Part shown: in pieces, positions 1-10,928 of the stretch
How the letters are laid out: each line of letters opens with the position of its first letter
Position numbering within the stretch: the first letter of the stretch is position 1
Notes under the pieces: model-generated
Told to the model about the DNA's origin: nothing
Database searches by the model: none
What the model saw: the letters and a program-made list of their open reading frames with translations, nothing else
Assembly (NCBI GenBank): GCA_963828525.1
Contig: CAWHEP010000011.1
Span: 64,001-128,000 of the forward strand
Direction of reading: 5' to 3'
Source: an uncultured Verrucomicrobiae bacterium
GTDB taxonomy: Bacteria > Verrucomicrobiota > Verrucomicrobiia > Chthoniobacterales > Chthoniobacteraceae
Length of the DNA: 64,000 bases
Translations under genes and position numbers: made by a program

Positions 1-459
1 ATCGGCATCCTGCTTCTGATCGTGCCCCTGCTAAGCAACAAGGGTGAGCGCTCTCCGAGCCGCAGGCCATGGTCGATCGCCGTGGTATTACTGAGCGTCA
101 TCACGATTGGCTCTCTCTGGATTGCGGGCGCGAAGTCACCGTGGACGCCAAACTTCGAGGCAACTCCTCTCACGACACAAGTGGTGGGCGCGACCAGTGG
201 CCCTGTTTTTGAAGGCAGCCGCGTCTTCTACTCCAAAGCGTGCGTCAACTGCCATACAATCCAGGGCGATGGCGGCAAACGCGGTCCGGAGCTAACTTAT
301 ATTGGCGACAAGCTAACAGAACCGGAAATGATAACCCGCATCATCAACGGCGGCGTGAACATGCCCGCGTATGGCAGTTTCCTCAAGCCGGGCGAGCTGC
401 AGCAAGTAGTGGCTTTTTTGAAGAGCAGGCAGCGTTATCCGGTTAGCGGGCCGCGTTGA
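1..459 (+). CDS. C-terminal part of a cytochrome b/c fusion subunit (menaquinol:cytochrome c reductase type); 5' end outside the window
   Basis: Open frame from base 1; TM helices around 'GERSPSRRPW'; heme motif CVNCH and distal 'NMPAYG'. Confidence 0.75.
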   Translation: MGILLLIVPLLSNKGERSPSRRPWSIAVVLLSVITIGSLWIAGAKSPWTPNFEATPLTTQVVGATSGPVFEGSRVFYSKACVNCHTIQGDGGKRGPELTYIGDKLTEPEMITRIINGGVNMPAYGSFLKPGELQQVVAFLKSRQRYPVSGPR

Positions 460-543
460 GCAGATCTTGATAAGGATCGGCGAAGCGGGTCGGAAGAGGC
501 TGTCGCGTCGGTGTCGCGAGTAGTGGATGGAGGATTACGCGAA

Positions 544-1023
544 TCAAGAATGCGGCAGAAACCTTTTCCAATCTTCGCTTTCTGCTGTTCGCTTTATCAC
601 TTTGTTTCGCTCGGCGATAAATCGTCGCATATAGGAGTTCAAAGCGAGGGCGTCCACTGCACTGCCCAAAAGGCCGAGTGGGACGTTGAAATCGAAGACA
701 TCCTTCATCACGGTTATTCCTTCGCGCGAAACGAAAAAGTGATCGTGATCGAATCTCTTGAAGGCTCCGCGTACCATGGAGTCACGGAGGTGATCGGGAC
801 GTGAAAACGCGGTGATTCTACTCGTGAGTTCCTGCCAGATTCCAAAGTGCTTTCCTCGCCAGGTAACTTCCTGGCCATAGGCAAGCAAGCCACTCGTAAC
901 ACCGGCAATTGCGGTTTCGCGCGTGCTTCCCGCAGATTCGGTGTGAAGGTCCACGCTTCGAGAGAGGTCAAAGACACGTTCGATCGGAGCATGGATTTCC
1001 GTGACTGTGACGACGATGCTCAT
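544..1023 (-). CDS. SRPBCC (START-like) family protein
   Basis: 'IHAPIERVFDLSRSVDLH...EVTWRGKHFG...DSMVRGAFKRFDHDHFF' pattern. Confidence 0.85.
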   Translation of the reverse strand: MSIVVTVTEIHAPIERVFDLSRSVDLHTESAGSTRETAIAGVTSGLLAYGQEVTWRGKHFGIWQELTSRITAFSRPDHLRDSMVRGAFKRFDHDHFFVSREGITVMKDVFDFNVPLGLLGSAVDALALNSYMRRFIAERNKVIKRTAESEDWKRFLPHS

Positions 1024-1506
1024 TCAAAACAAAGCATCAGGTTCACTCCTCTCGGCTTCGTTAGTCACTGCGTCGCCCTCGATATTTTTCGACATCATCC
1101 CGAGGTCGGTCCTTGGTGTCCATCCTACAGACTTCCAGAACGCGACGCCGTCCTGATTTCTGTCAAAAATAAAGATGTGACACTTTCGGATACCGAGATT
1201 ATGCAAAGCAGCAAGACACCGGGCGACAAGTTTGCGACCAATAGCACGGCGGCGCCACTGAGGATGCACCGCCAGATGATGGAGATAACCGCGCCTCCCA
1301 TCGTGGCCGGCGAGAACGGCGCCGACAACGCAGCCATTGCTGGTTGCGACGAAACTGGTGCCGACATTCCGCTCCACGTATATTGAAATGCGTTCCCTGG
1401 AGTCGTCCTCGCTTAGACCGACGCCCTCGGACTGTTGCCATAGCGTCAATACACTGTCGAAAGCATCTATGGTAAAAGGAGATATCTCGAATTTCATGCC
1501 TTTCAT
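1024..1506 (-). CDS. GNAT N-acetyltransferase (YpeA-like)
   Basis: 'GHDGRRGYLHHLAVHPQWRRRAIGRKL' acetyl-CoA motif A; 'AFWKSVGW'. Confidence 0.85.
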   Translation of the reverse strand: MKGMKFEISPFTIDAFDSVLTLWQQSEGVGLSEDDSRERISIYVERNVGTSFVATSNGCVVGAVLAGHDGRRGYLHHLAVHPQWRRRAIGRKLVARCLAALHNLGIRKCHIFIFDRNQDGVAFWKSVGWTPRTDLGMMSKNIEGDAVTNEAERSEPDALF

Positions 1507-1519
1507 ATTAGAGCATAGT

Positions 1520-1914
1520 TTACTGGGACTTTTCTGGTATGCGCTTGCTCTCCGCGCTGCAATCGACGTGTAGGATCATCTGGCGGCCATGAATGGGCGT
1601 CTTGCTTTGAAGAAGGATATTTGTCGGCGGGTCCGTGTCCCGGCCCCGGAAGTAATCGTAGCCGACTTTCATCTCGGAGACGAAACGCGCCGGGATGTAA
1701 TGAGGGACGAGATCATCGAGACTTTCCGGGAAATGCCCCCCGTGCTCAGGAGCGTAAATTTGCAGGCAAATCCAATACTCTTCTCATCTTGCAAACAGCG
1801 GGACAATTCTATCCTCAAAAGAGTCTGCGTGGAGACGGGCACGGCTGCAGCGAGGACCAGAATGGAAAACGCCGCCCAAACAACAACCCGCTTTGATTTG
1901 CTCCTGACTACCAA
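1520..1914 (-). CDS. Pseudopilin-like membrane-anchored protein (PVC DUF1559/T2SS-G-like), apparent 1-nt frameshift near 1757
   Basis: TM helix, then 'SRCLQDEKSIGFACK'; continues in the shifted frame as 'YAPEHGGHFPESLDDLVPHY...' to TAA at 1520-1522. Confidence 0.5.
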
Positions 1915-2083
1915 GGGCTATTGTTCGGGGATCAGGGCAGCGTCTGCCACAGAAGAAGAGGATGCGGGCGAGATAGTTAGCCCTCTGTCATGACGTTAGT
2001 GATAACTGCCTGGACTTAAGAACCAGTGACGCCGTAGCTCCAGGGTGTTGTCGGCCCAAAGGCAACAATAATATGCGCCAACG

Positions 2084-2509
2084 TCATTGCTTTGGTGAAT
2101 TCCACGGGTTTATGAGGCGTATTCCGGTATCCGCAAAATCTGCCGTATTCCTGGTGACCAAGGTCAGATCGTTGACATAGGCCGTGGCGGCGATCAGCCC
2201 GTCCGCGAGACTGCGGGTTCGTTGGCTCAACAGAATCGCGCAACGCTCCGCGATGGGGAAATCGATCGAAAGTACACACCCGTCGAAGGCCGGCTTGACC
2301 TGCGCTTCATACCATTCATTCAGGAGCTCTGCCAAACGGGCATCCTTGCGCTTGGCCGCGAGTACTCCCTGCTTTATTTCCATCAGGCTAATCACGCTGA
2401 TGAACAATTCCTGCCCTGAAATTTCAAGCTGCCACGCCGCCACCGCCGGATTGCAGCGACTTTTCTTTCGCAGTTCCGAGACGACGTTGGTGTCCACCAA
2501 CAGAGCCAT
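2084..2509 (-). CDS. vapC: PIN-domain toxin (VapC family)
   Basis: 'LLVDTNVVSEL', 'DGLIAATA...LTLVTRNTADF'; start overlaps the antitoxin stop. Confidence 0.9.
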   Translation of the reverse strand: MALLVDTNVVSELRKKSRCNPAVAAWQLEISGQELFISVISLMEIKQGVLAAKRKDARLAELLNEWYEAQVKPAFDGCVLSIDFPIAERCAILLSQRTRSLADGLIAATAYVNDLTLVTRNTADFADTGIRLINPWNSPKQ

Positions 2510-2745
2510 TACGATAAGTCGGACTCGCGGCTGGAACTCGTATTTCTGGGAAAATCGAGATCGGCCTTGGAAAGCTTCTCGTTGCCAATGGCTTCCAGCA
2601 GCGTTTTTTGGCGTCGCGGAGGCGTTCGGCCGAGCTCCCTTCGGATCAGGTCGGCAATCCAGCCTGAGAGCGAATGACCAGCATCCACGGCGCGATGTCT
2701 GGCGGCTCGGCACATTTGGTCATTGATCTTAATTGTAACATTCAT
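2509..2745 (-). CDS. Ribbon-helix-helix-type antitoxin
   Basis: 78 aa, 'MNVTIKIND...ARHRAVDAGHSLSGWIADLI'; coupled upstream of vapC. Confidence 0.8.
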   Translation of the reverse strand: MNVTIKINDQMCRAARHRAVDAGHSLSGWIADLIRRELGRTPPRRQKTLLEAIGNEKLSKADLDFPRNTSSSRESDLS

Positions 2746-2756
2746 CTTAATTTATT

Positions 2757-2778
2757 GCACGATAGCACGAAAGCACGG
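2757..2778. promoter_or_regulatory. Putative antitoxin operator: three tandem GCACG(A/G) repeats with 8-bp period
   Basis: GCACGA-TA-GCACGA-AA-GCACGG just upstream of the antitoxin start. Confidence 0.55.
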
Positions 2779-2922
2779 CGATGGCAAAGTGCGCCTTCTT
2801 GCTTGATCGAGTCCAAGCGCCCGTGTTTGCCGCTGCACAGTCAGCTATCCCCTCGATTTGATAGACGGAGGCGCAATCCGGAAAGGTCTTGTGGCGCTCT
2901 GGACGGCAGGTATTTTGACTGC

Positions 2923-3126
2923 ATGTCCACCGCGGCGTTGCTCCATCGCATCACGATCGACCCGGAGATTTGTCATGGCAAGCCATGCGCGCGCGGGCTG
3001 CGGTATCCTGTCTCGATGCTTCTGGAGCTTCTGAGCAGCGGGATGACCGTGGAAGACTTCCTGTCTGATTACGAGGATTTGGAGCGCGAGGACTTGCTGG
3101 CCGCTTTGGCCTACGCCGCGCGTTAA
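2923..3126 (+). CDS. DUF433 family protein (antitoxin-like), no cognate toxin downstream
   Basis: 'RITIDPEICHGKPCARGLRYPV...DLEREDLLAALAYAA'. Confidence 0.85.
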   Translation: MSTAALLHRITIDPEICHGKPCARGLRYPVSMLLELLSSGMTVEDFLSDYEDLEREDLLAALAYAAR

Positions 3127-3578
3127 AGGCCCACCTTTAATCCCTCGGCCTCGGCAAGTTTTCGCTGCCCCATGTCGAAGGTCAGAAAGCATTTTGCCTT
3201 CAAATGCTGAGACGTGGCGACGTGTAAGAGATCGAAGCTTCGATGTCCACCGCGCCAAGTGTGGGTATTCGAGAGTTTGCGCGCGAGAGCAATGACTGTT
3301 GCAAAATCGCATGGGATAATTTCAAGGACGCCGCTTTCGATGTCCGCGTCAATGCGCGCGAGAGCCACTTGAGCAACCTGTGTTGAAAAGCCTTTGTTTT
3401 TATCCTGTGAATTCATCCAAGCGGCGAGACGCATCGCGTTTTCAAACTCGTAAAGCAGCAGCGTGGTTACCGGAAGCCCGCGATCAAGCTTCGCAAAGGC
3501 GCTTGCAGCCGCCGCCGATGAGGGCCGTGGCAGGTAAAGGCTGAAAAGGAAGCTTGTATCAGGATAGACGCTCAGCAT
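3123..3578 (-). CDS. vapC: PIN-domain toxin (VapC family)
   Basis: 'YPDTSFL', 'RSFDLLHVATS', 'FLTFDMGQRKLAEAEGL'. Confidence 0.85.
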   Translation of the reverse strand: MLSVYPDTSFLFSLYLPRPSSAAAASAFAKLDRGLPVTTLLLYEFENAMRLAAWMNSQDKNKGFSTQVAQVALARIDADIESGVLEIIPCDFATVIALARKLSNTHTWRGGHRSFDLLHVATSQHLKAKCFLTFDMGQRKLAEAEGLKVGL

Positions 3579-3822
3579 GGCTGCCTGCCTCCCGCATGAC
3601 TTCGTCGTAAATATCGTCCGTCACAAGGAAGTCTCCAAAATCAGCGCGCAATCGCGCAAGAATGTCGGGCTTGGCGATGCGCCCGGTCTTCGGCGGCTCA
3701 GCGGGCATAATGCGAGCGAAAACTCGGCCTCGCTTGGTCACTTCAACGGTTTCACCCGCTTCGATCCAACGGGAAACGCGCGCAAACGAATTTCTCAGGT
3801 CACGGACGCTCGCAGTTTTCAT
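3559..3822 (-). CDS. Phd/YefM family antitoxin
   Basis: 'KTASVRDLRNSFARVSRWIEAGETVEVTKRGRVFARI'. Confidence 0.85.
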   Translation of the reverse strand: MKTASVRDLRNSFARVSRWIEAGETVEVTKRGRVFARIMPAEPPKTGRIAKPDILARLRADFGDFLVTDDIYDEVMREAGSHAERLS

Positions 3823-3842
3823 TGTGATACATCTGTATCACA
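3823..3842. promoter_or_regulatory. Palindromic operator of the Phd-VapC module
   Basis: Perfect inverted repeat TGTGATACA-TC-TGTATCACA abutting the ATG. Confidence 0.65.
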
Positions 3843-4047
3843 TACTTACGGGTTGAACAAGGAATAAAAAGAGCCCTGCTGCACGGCGTTTGTGCCGCGT
3901 CGTGGATGACCTGAGCGGCCAAACCGCAGAGTGGAAACCTCGGTCGACACGAGCGCTCAGGAACCAAAGACACTTATATGAGGCACGAGGCAATCCGAAG
4001 GTCAGAAAGCAACTTGCACCAGACGCTATCCTTTCGGGTATCGGGGC

Positions 4048-5336
4048 TTAGTCGACTGTTTCCAGGCCTGCATGGTATGTGAGAGGAAAATGCCGTTTGA
4101 ATCGCACAACTTCGAACTTCAACCACGGCGTTGGGACCAGATGCCGAAGCATATTCCTCCTGATTTCCAGCGTTTGCTCGGATAAAACCGCCGCAAAACC
4201 CGTGTCTCCCCAATGACAAAGGAGATCGCGAAGGACGTTTTCGTGGAACTCATCTGGAGCCGCCCCGCCTGTGAATTTGTAATAAGCTTTGAGCAGATAG
4301 GCCAATGCATCTTTATCTCCCCTTAACGCGCGCAAAAACATCTTTGCATCTACCGGCCCGATTCCTTCGCTTTGATCAACAATCATCCTTATCATCGCTC
4401 GGTCCGATAACCTGGGCGGGTCGTAAAAACCCAGAAGGTATTGTGGGTCAAAAGCGACTGATTCAAGGCCTGCGTGGTAGGTGAGAGGAAAATAGCTTTT
4501 GAATCGCACAATCTGGGACTTCAGCCACGGCGCCGGAACAAGGCGCGCAAGTATATTCTTCCTGATTTCCAGCGTTTGCTCGGACAACACCGCCGCAAAA
4601 GCTGTATCGCCCCAGTGACAAAGGAGGTCACGCAGGACGTTTTGTCGGCGTTCATCTTGAAACGCCCGGCCTGTAAATCTGTAATAAGCTTTAAGGAGAT
4701 AGGCCAAACCCGTTTTATCTTGCCTTAAAAGCAAGCTCGTCTGCGGGCGTGAGATCCGCTTAACATCCACCCCAAAGCGCTACCAGTCATAATAAGGACG
4801 CCCATGACAACAATCGGAATTGCGACGGATAGCACTAACGCGTGCATAACCACTAGGTATGTATACACCATAATAGTTGAGGCGGCGGTCAGAAAAACAC
4901 CTCGCTTCCGAGTGTGGAAGTCGCTCCACAAATTACCCGAAGCACCGCCCGCTATGGTGAGGCAGAATACAACCGTTGCAGGAAGAGGAGTGGATACCAC
5001 CAACCAATAGTGAGGCCAGTCCCGCCAGTTGAGGAAAGCTAACCTCATCCAGAGAAATTGAATTGTTGGATATGAAACAAGGAAAAAGGCGATAGTAAAA
5101 ACTAACCATTGTTTAGGATGTAGCCTTCCTATAATGACCCCGGACCATAGCCACGGCAGCCAGCGCGTAGACGCCCCGACTACCATTTTAAGAGTGGAAT
5201 CCTGACAGTCCGGATGGGTAAGGGCGACTACTGAGGTAACGAGACACAGCGCCAGTAGACACAACCCAAAAGGCAGGATACGCGCAAAAAGATGAGGAGT
5301 ACGGTACGCTTGTTTCATAATCGGTAAGGCGGTCAT
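4048..5336 (-). CDS. Multi-TM membrane protein with a duplicated ~90-aa C-terminal domain (ORFs 4725..5510 and 4048..4770 probably one gene, frameshift near 4772)
   Basis: Several hydrophobic helices followed by two copies of 'LAYLLKAYY.FTG...NVLRDLLCHWGDT.FAAVLSEQTLEIR...FPLTYHAGLE'. Confidence 0.5.
4053..4728. repeat. Intragenic direct repeat, two ~275-bp copies (about 4053-4326 and 4455-4728), offset 402 bp
   Basis: Shared blocks, e.g. CCTGATTTCCAGCGTTTGCTCGGA and TGTAATAAGCTTT in both copies. Confidence 0.9.
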
Positions 5337-5572
5337 CACCTTCTCACCGGAGCCTTTCGCATGGTACTCCATTATTGACGCCAGCGACGAGACAATCGGG
5401 AGACTGGTCCTCGTTGCGGGCGAGTAAAAGGTGAAGACACGATCGCTGGCACCTTTACTAAATAGCTCCCTTGAGCAAATAAAGCCGGCTTTCGTGGAAT
5501 TCATGAGCACCGCGCCTGATAATCCGCCGGTTCCAGATTACGAACTGCCGGACTGACCGGCGTCTGCCGCGG

Positions 5573-8500
5573 TCAGGGCTGCGAGCGGAGGGCGTTCAGA
5601 ACTTCGTTGCGTATGGAGTCGTCGAGGATTCCTTGCGCGAGATCGAGCGCGGTGATGCCGCGCGCGTCGGGCAGGGAGGGGTCGAAGCCGACTTTTAGGA
5701 GTTCGGCTACTTGCTTAGGATCGGCGCGGAGGACGGCGTTGTGAAGGGGAGTCATGCCAAAGTCGTCGAGGCCGGTCAGCCGAATCCCGCATGTGTGGAT
5801 GAATGCCAGGCAGTCGTTTTTGGCGTAGTTTCGGAATGGGAAGTTGAGCGGCGTGGAATCCCGCGGCATCTCGAACGGAGAACGCTTCCGGCGTATCTTT
5901 GGCGATGCGAGCGATGGACGCGAAGGCAGCCTGCAGGCGCGTCGGGTCGCAGTTGAACGCTTCGAAGAGCTCCTGGGCGCGGAGCTGAACCTGGGTATTC
6001 TCTTCGATGAAGCGGGCGATCTCAGGCGTGGCTGCGGCCTCTGCGGCGTTACGATGGAATTGATCCTGGACGGGGGCGTAAGCGCCGTGCTTCAAGAGCA
6101 GCTTCACCATTCCGAGGTCGCCGACTTCGGCGGCGGCGATGAGCGGTGTCCTACATCCGCCCTGGGGAGACTGTAGCGCCACCAGGGCCTGCTGACGTTC
6201 GTAAAAAGGATCGCCCGTCGAACGTCTGGGGGAGGGGACGACTCCCCATTCGCCGATGTTCGGATCGCAGCCATGCGCCAGCAGAGTTTCCGCCAATTCG
6301 CGAGACCGATGCGTTACAGCCAGGAAGACGAGGCCGGGTTTGGCGGCTTCGTCCTCGAGATCTTCGCCGAACGGCGGGAGCAGGTCGGCGCCGCGCTGGA
6401 GGAGATCGTTGACCCGAGCGAGATCGCCGGCGTTCACGGCCCTCCGCAGATCGTCCAGGGCAGGCCGCGCGCGGATGGCCTCCAGGAGGCGCGCCTGGCC
6501 GCGCTTTTCGACATCCGACGCCGGCCGATAATTCTCCAGCGCTTCGCGGAACCCGCCAACCCCGCAGGAAAGGTAGGGAGCGTCCAGGATCGTTCTGCCT
6601 GCGAGGTCGCGACAGCGGAGATCGGCATCGGAGCCGGCCAGCAGGCAGGCCAGCGCGGGTTCGCGCCAGCCAAAAGCCAAGTGTAGCGAGGAGCAGCCTT
6701 GACGGCAAGGCGCTCTCGGCGGGACACCCTTGGCCAGCAGAAACCGGATGACCTCTTCCCGGCTCGTCGCGTTGCCCGGAAACTGGTAGGAAATACGGTA
6801 GTGCCCTTCTCCGACGGCTGCGCAGAGCGCCGTGCCGCCCAAGGTTCCATAGCCCAGCTTTGTATTCAGGTCCGGATAGCTTTTCAGGATTTCGGGCAGG
6901 ACATCGGGGGCGCTCCGGGCACCTTCGGCGCGCTCGAGAAATAGGGAATCCGCCCGGTCGATGAGCCGGGGTTTTGCGCCACGCTCCAGCAGGAGCAACA
7001 TGAGCTTTGGATAGTCAAAAGAGGCGACGAGCGGCGACCTTGCGTACGGGATGAGCTCGCCGGGGTTGGGGTCTGGAGACTCGCCGCAGGCCAGCAACGC
7101 TTCAACGACCTTGGCCTTCCCCCATCCGAGGGAACTGATGAATATCTGACGAACCTCCTCATCGCTGGCGCGGGTTGGGGGAATGTATCGGACCAGCGCC
7201 GCTGCGCGGGCGTCGTTCTTACCAAGCGAGGCCGTAATCAATTCGCAGACGTGATGCAGATCGGCAGCCGTCGCCGGTTCGAGAGTGACCGTTTCCGGGT
7301 CCGCCAGGAGTTTGAGATGGCTTTTATCGTCGGCTGAGAGGGGCGCGTCTAATGCTAGCAGCAGGCCAGCCATATCGACATCATTGTGTCCCACAACCAG
7401 CTGCGCGGCTCCCGTGAGGGGCGCTCCGGCTTTGAAGAGGAGTTTAACGATATCGGCGTTGTGGTTCCTAACGGCTTCGAGCAGCGCGGCATTATCCGGC
7501 CTGGCCCCTGCTTGAAGCAACAGGCGCGTCATCGCTGGCTCTCGCTGGCGGGCGGCGGCGGCCAGGGGGGTCGCGCCAACAGAAGGAATGCCGATTTCCG
7601 GAGTCGCCTCCAAGTCCGGATGGCACTTAAGAAAGAGCTTCACAAGGTCGAGGTTTCGAGTCCAGACCGCCACGGTCACCGCCGGGGTCTTGCTCCGGCC
7701 GAATACCGTGCCGGCTACGGCGGGTTTTTCCAGGAGCGTTTCCACCCTCCGCAGATCGCCTCGGAGGACGGCATCGTATAAAGACACGGGGATGGACGCC
7801 TCCGCTGGCCGGAACGGGCGCGCCATTTTTCTTGCGAGGGCGGGAGGCGGGAGCCCGAGCGCGGCATACATGTCGGATCTATCCCAGCGCTGAAGACCGC
7901 CAAAGCTCGCTGTCCATAAGTCGCGCTCGCCGATGCACAATCCTTCGCGGGCAACGAATGGGCCAATAGCTCCGAGCGCGCGGTGGCTGGCCCGATCCAG
8001 CAGCAGCAATGTCCCGCCAAGGGGCGGGGGACGGCCATGAATGGCGGCCCCAGACGAGAATACGAACGAGAGCCAGAGATAAGGCCCGTCCGGGACGACC
8101 TCGTCGAGGCTGAACGTCTTGGCCTGCCAGACAATCCGCTTTTCTTTAAGGGAATAATCGAGGATTCCGTATCCGCTCCAGAGCCAGATCTCCCCGTCGA
8201 GCACCAGCGACCCTGGCCGGGCGGGAAGGAAGTATCGTAGCAATGGGTTCGATTCATCCAGTTTTGGAGGCGGTGGCAGCTCCCCCCAGGCCTGCGCTGT
8301 CGTGTCGTAATAGAGATTCCATTGCGGGAAAACAGCGAGTCTGTCCGTCCCGGCTATTTCCCAAGACCCATGCGGGCGGGGGCCAGCTTCCCCGGTCGTG
8401 GCTGGCGGTGAGGGCGGTGTAAACCACTTGCCGAGCGACCAATCAAAAAGGCCGACAACCCGTTTCTTTTGGTTTTGGTCCGCGACCGCGGCGTATTGCG

Positions 8501-10758
8501 CGCCGGCGAAACCGAGCATCGCGGGTGCTTCCACCGGCAACCCCTCCGTCATGGAGAACTCCACCGTTGTCTCGGAAAGCAAGTCGAAGGGATTCGACCG
8601 TTTGCCCGGTTCGGTAGAGCAGGCGCCCTTCCGGCGCGAGACAGGTAGCATACGGACTGCGCGCTTCGATCCGCTCGATTTGCCCGGTGGACATCCGGTA
8701 AAAACACGGGGGCCCGAAGTTGGTACTGGATTAGCAGTTTGTCTCCAAAAGCGTCGAGCGCGGAGATGTGTCCCCTCGCGCGCGCGCCGCTAAACGGAGG
8801 TCTGACGCTCCCCGGGTTGAAGCTGTGGTCCGAAGGGAGGGGAACAACGCAGTAGCGCGGGGCCTTGACCGGCGTTAAGCCCTTGAACATCGGTTCCTCG
8901 GGCGAGGGCGCCAGTCCCCAGGGCGGACCCTCCGCCGCCTGGGGCAGACGCGGCGCCGCCGGTGCGCCCTCCGGGGGAGCGGCGGGTATTATCAGGGCCT
9001 TCTGCACCCGGGCGCGATCTCCTAGATCGGTCATGAGTTGCTCGAGTCCGCTGTTGATTTGCTGCAGGTCGCTCTCGACCAGCGGCGGCCTGAAAAGGTC
9101 GCCTGCCAGCGGCCAGAGGGCTGCGAGGAACCGTAACTTGATCTCCGGTTCCGCCCTGCCCTTGAGCAGGGTGACAAGCCATGCGGCAACGGCGCGGCGG
9201 CCCTGCTTGGACGCCCCGGCCTTATCGAGCTTCTTGACCATAACCGGCGTCTGGTCTATGAGCACGAGGTAAAACTCGCTTAGCAGCCTGTCCAGCTCGG
9301 CGGGAAGTTGTGAGTTGGTGGGAAGCAAGGCTTCCCAGCTCATCCAGTCGTACCCAGATGCAGCCCACAGGTTCACGAGGTAATCCGCTCCGGTGAAGAA
9401 GAGCGCCGGATCATAGTCAGGATCTTGCGTGAGACGCTTGAGTTGGGTGACGCACTCGGCGGCCAGCTCAAGTCGATCGTCCGGCGTCGCTCCCGGCGAG
9501 CATCCCGCGTCGAGCAACGTCCGGAGCAGTTGCAACCGGGCGTTTTCAGGATCGAAAAAACAGGCGATCTCCAGCATGCGCCAGCAGTATTGGATCTTCT
9601 GTCCCCAAATGGCTGTTCCATCACGGGACGGACGACGCTCTTGCTATGATCCACTTGCCGGAAGGCCCGGGTGACGGTCTCGGGCAGATCAGGCTTTTTC
9701 GTGAAGAAGCCGGCGTTAATCCAATCGCAAAGATGATCGAAGATCGCCGCCGCCATCTGCCTTCCGGACTCCGGGGCGGCGGTTGTGTTCCTGCTCGCGA
9801 CCGCCGCCCGGAGCACGTCCGCCACGAGCGCGCCGCTCTCCTTCTCGAAATCCTTCACCGCGAAGGCGCGCGTGAAGCGCCTCGGTTCTTTTCCGCCCAT
9901 CACGAGGAACAGCTCGGTTTCGACCTGGATATCCTCGAACACCGTCATCTTGTTTGGCGCGAGCTCGTGGTAGCTGCCCCAGATGTAGCCGGTGGCGGCC
10001 GTTTGCCAGACACCGGGATCGGCGTCGGTGAGGCCGAGGAGGCTCAGGCCCTGCTCGCGCAACGCTTCTCCGGCGCCGCGAAAGCGAAGGACGGTCGTGC
10101 CTGGGAACGATCCCGATACCACCGCGAGCTTCTCGACCAGGAGTGACTCCCAGGCATCGAGCCGCGGACTGGCGCCCGAGTTGGCGAAAAAAAGAGGCGC
10201 GAGCGTGATGCCGGCCGCGGCCCGCGCGCGAGCTTTCAAGGCATCCGTGAGAAGATTCCGCGCCATCTCGGCGCACCGTTCGAGAATCAACGGGTTGAGG
10301 CCCTTGCGCTCCCGGCGCGGGTCGTCGTCGAAAGGCATATCTTGCGACGCCAGGAGGCTGGCGTTGGTGAGGTCGGTGACTTCGAAAAAGAGGTGACGGC
10401 GGTAAACCAGCGCGCCACTTTCGGTTTTCTCCCAACCCGCCCGAGAGTATCGGCCACGAATGAGCAGATCGGCCTTCAACAGCCTGCCAATGGCGACAGC
10501 CGAGGCATCGCCGGCTGGGGAAAGTCGGAAATGGGTCTCCGCCAAGAGTTTGTCCAGTTCCGCCCGCTCCACCCAGATAACCCCTGGAGAATCGCCCATC
10601 TGGCTCTGAATATAGGCTGTAACCGCCGAGCCATCTTCCTTGTCGGTGACCACGTCCGCCGCCAGGGGGAGAATCACAACGCGCGGGGCGGTCTCCGCGC
10701 GCCCGGCGGCCTGCGCGAGCAGGAGAAAGATGAGAGCCGGCAAAAAACGAAACGGCAT
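5573..10758 (-). CDS. Giant (~1,700 aa) exported protein: signal peptide, CsgG/HfaB-like domain(s), probable beta-rich region, many ankyrin repeats; several apparent frameshifts
   Basis: 'MPFRFLPALIFLLLAQAAGRA'; 'VERAELDKLLAE...AVAIGRLLKADLLIRG'; ankyrin motifs 'GATPLAAAA', 'TPLIAAAEVGDLGMVKLLLKHGA', 'GMTPLHNAV'; overlapping consecutive ORFs 9373..10959, 8549..9577, 5715..8651, 5573..5869. Confidence 0.65.
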
Positions 10759-10867
10759 GGGAAGTAAAATATCAACGGGACGCCGCGGGCGCGAGGTTCC
10801 ATTGCATCTTTTGGCGATTCGCGCGTAGAGGGTGCGTGTCTCTCCGAAGGATGGGCATAACAAATGA

Positions 10868-10896
10868 GACGGGCGGGCGTGGAAAATCCTTGGCGG
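10868..10896 (-). promoter_or_regulatory. Putative ECF promoter for the giant CsgG/ankyrin gene
   Basis: Minus strand reads CCGCCAAGGAT-N14-CGTC. Confidence 0.65.
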
Positions 10897-10928
10897 AAAT
10901 CGGACGACAGCCCGATAATCAAAAAAAA

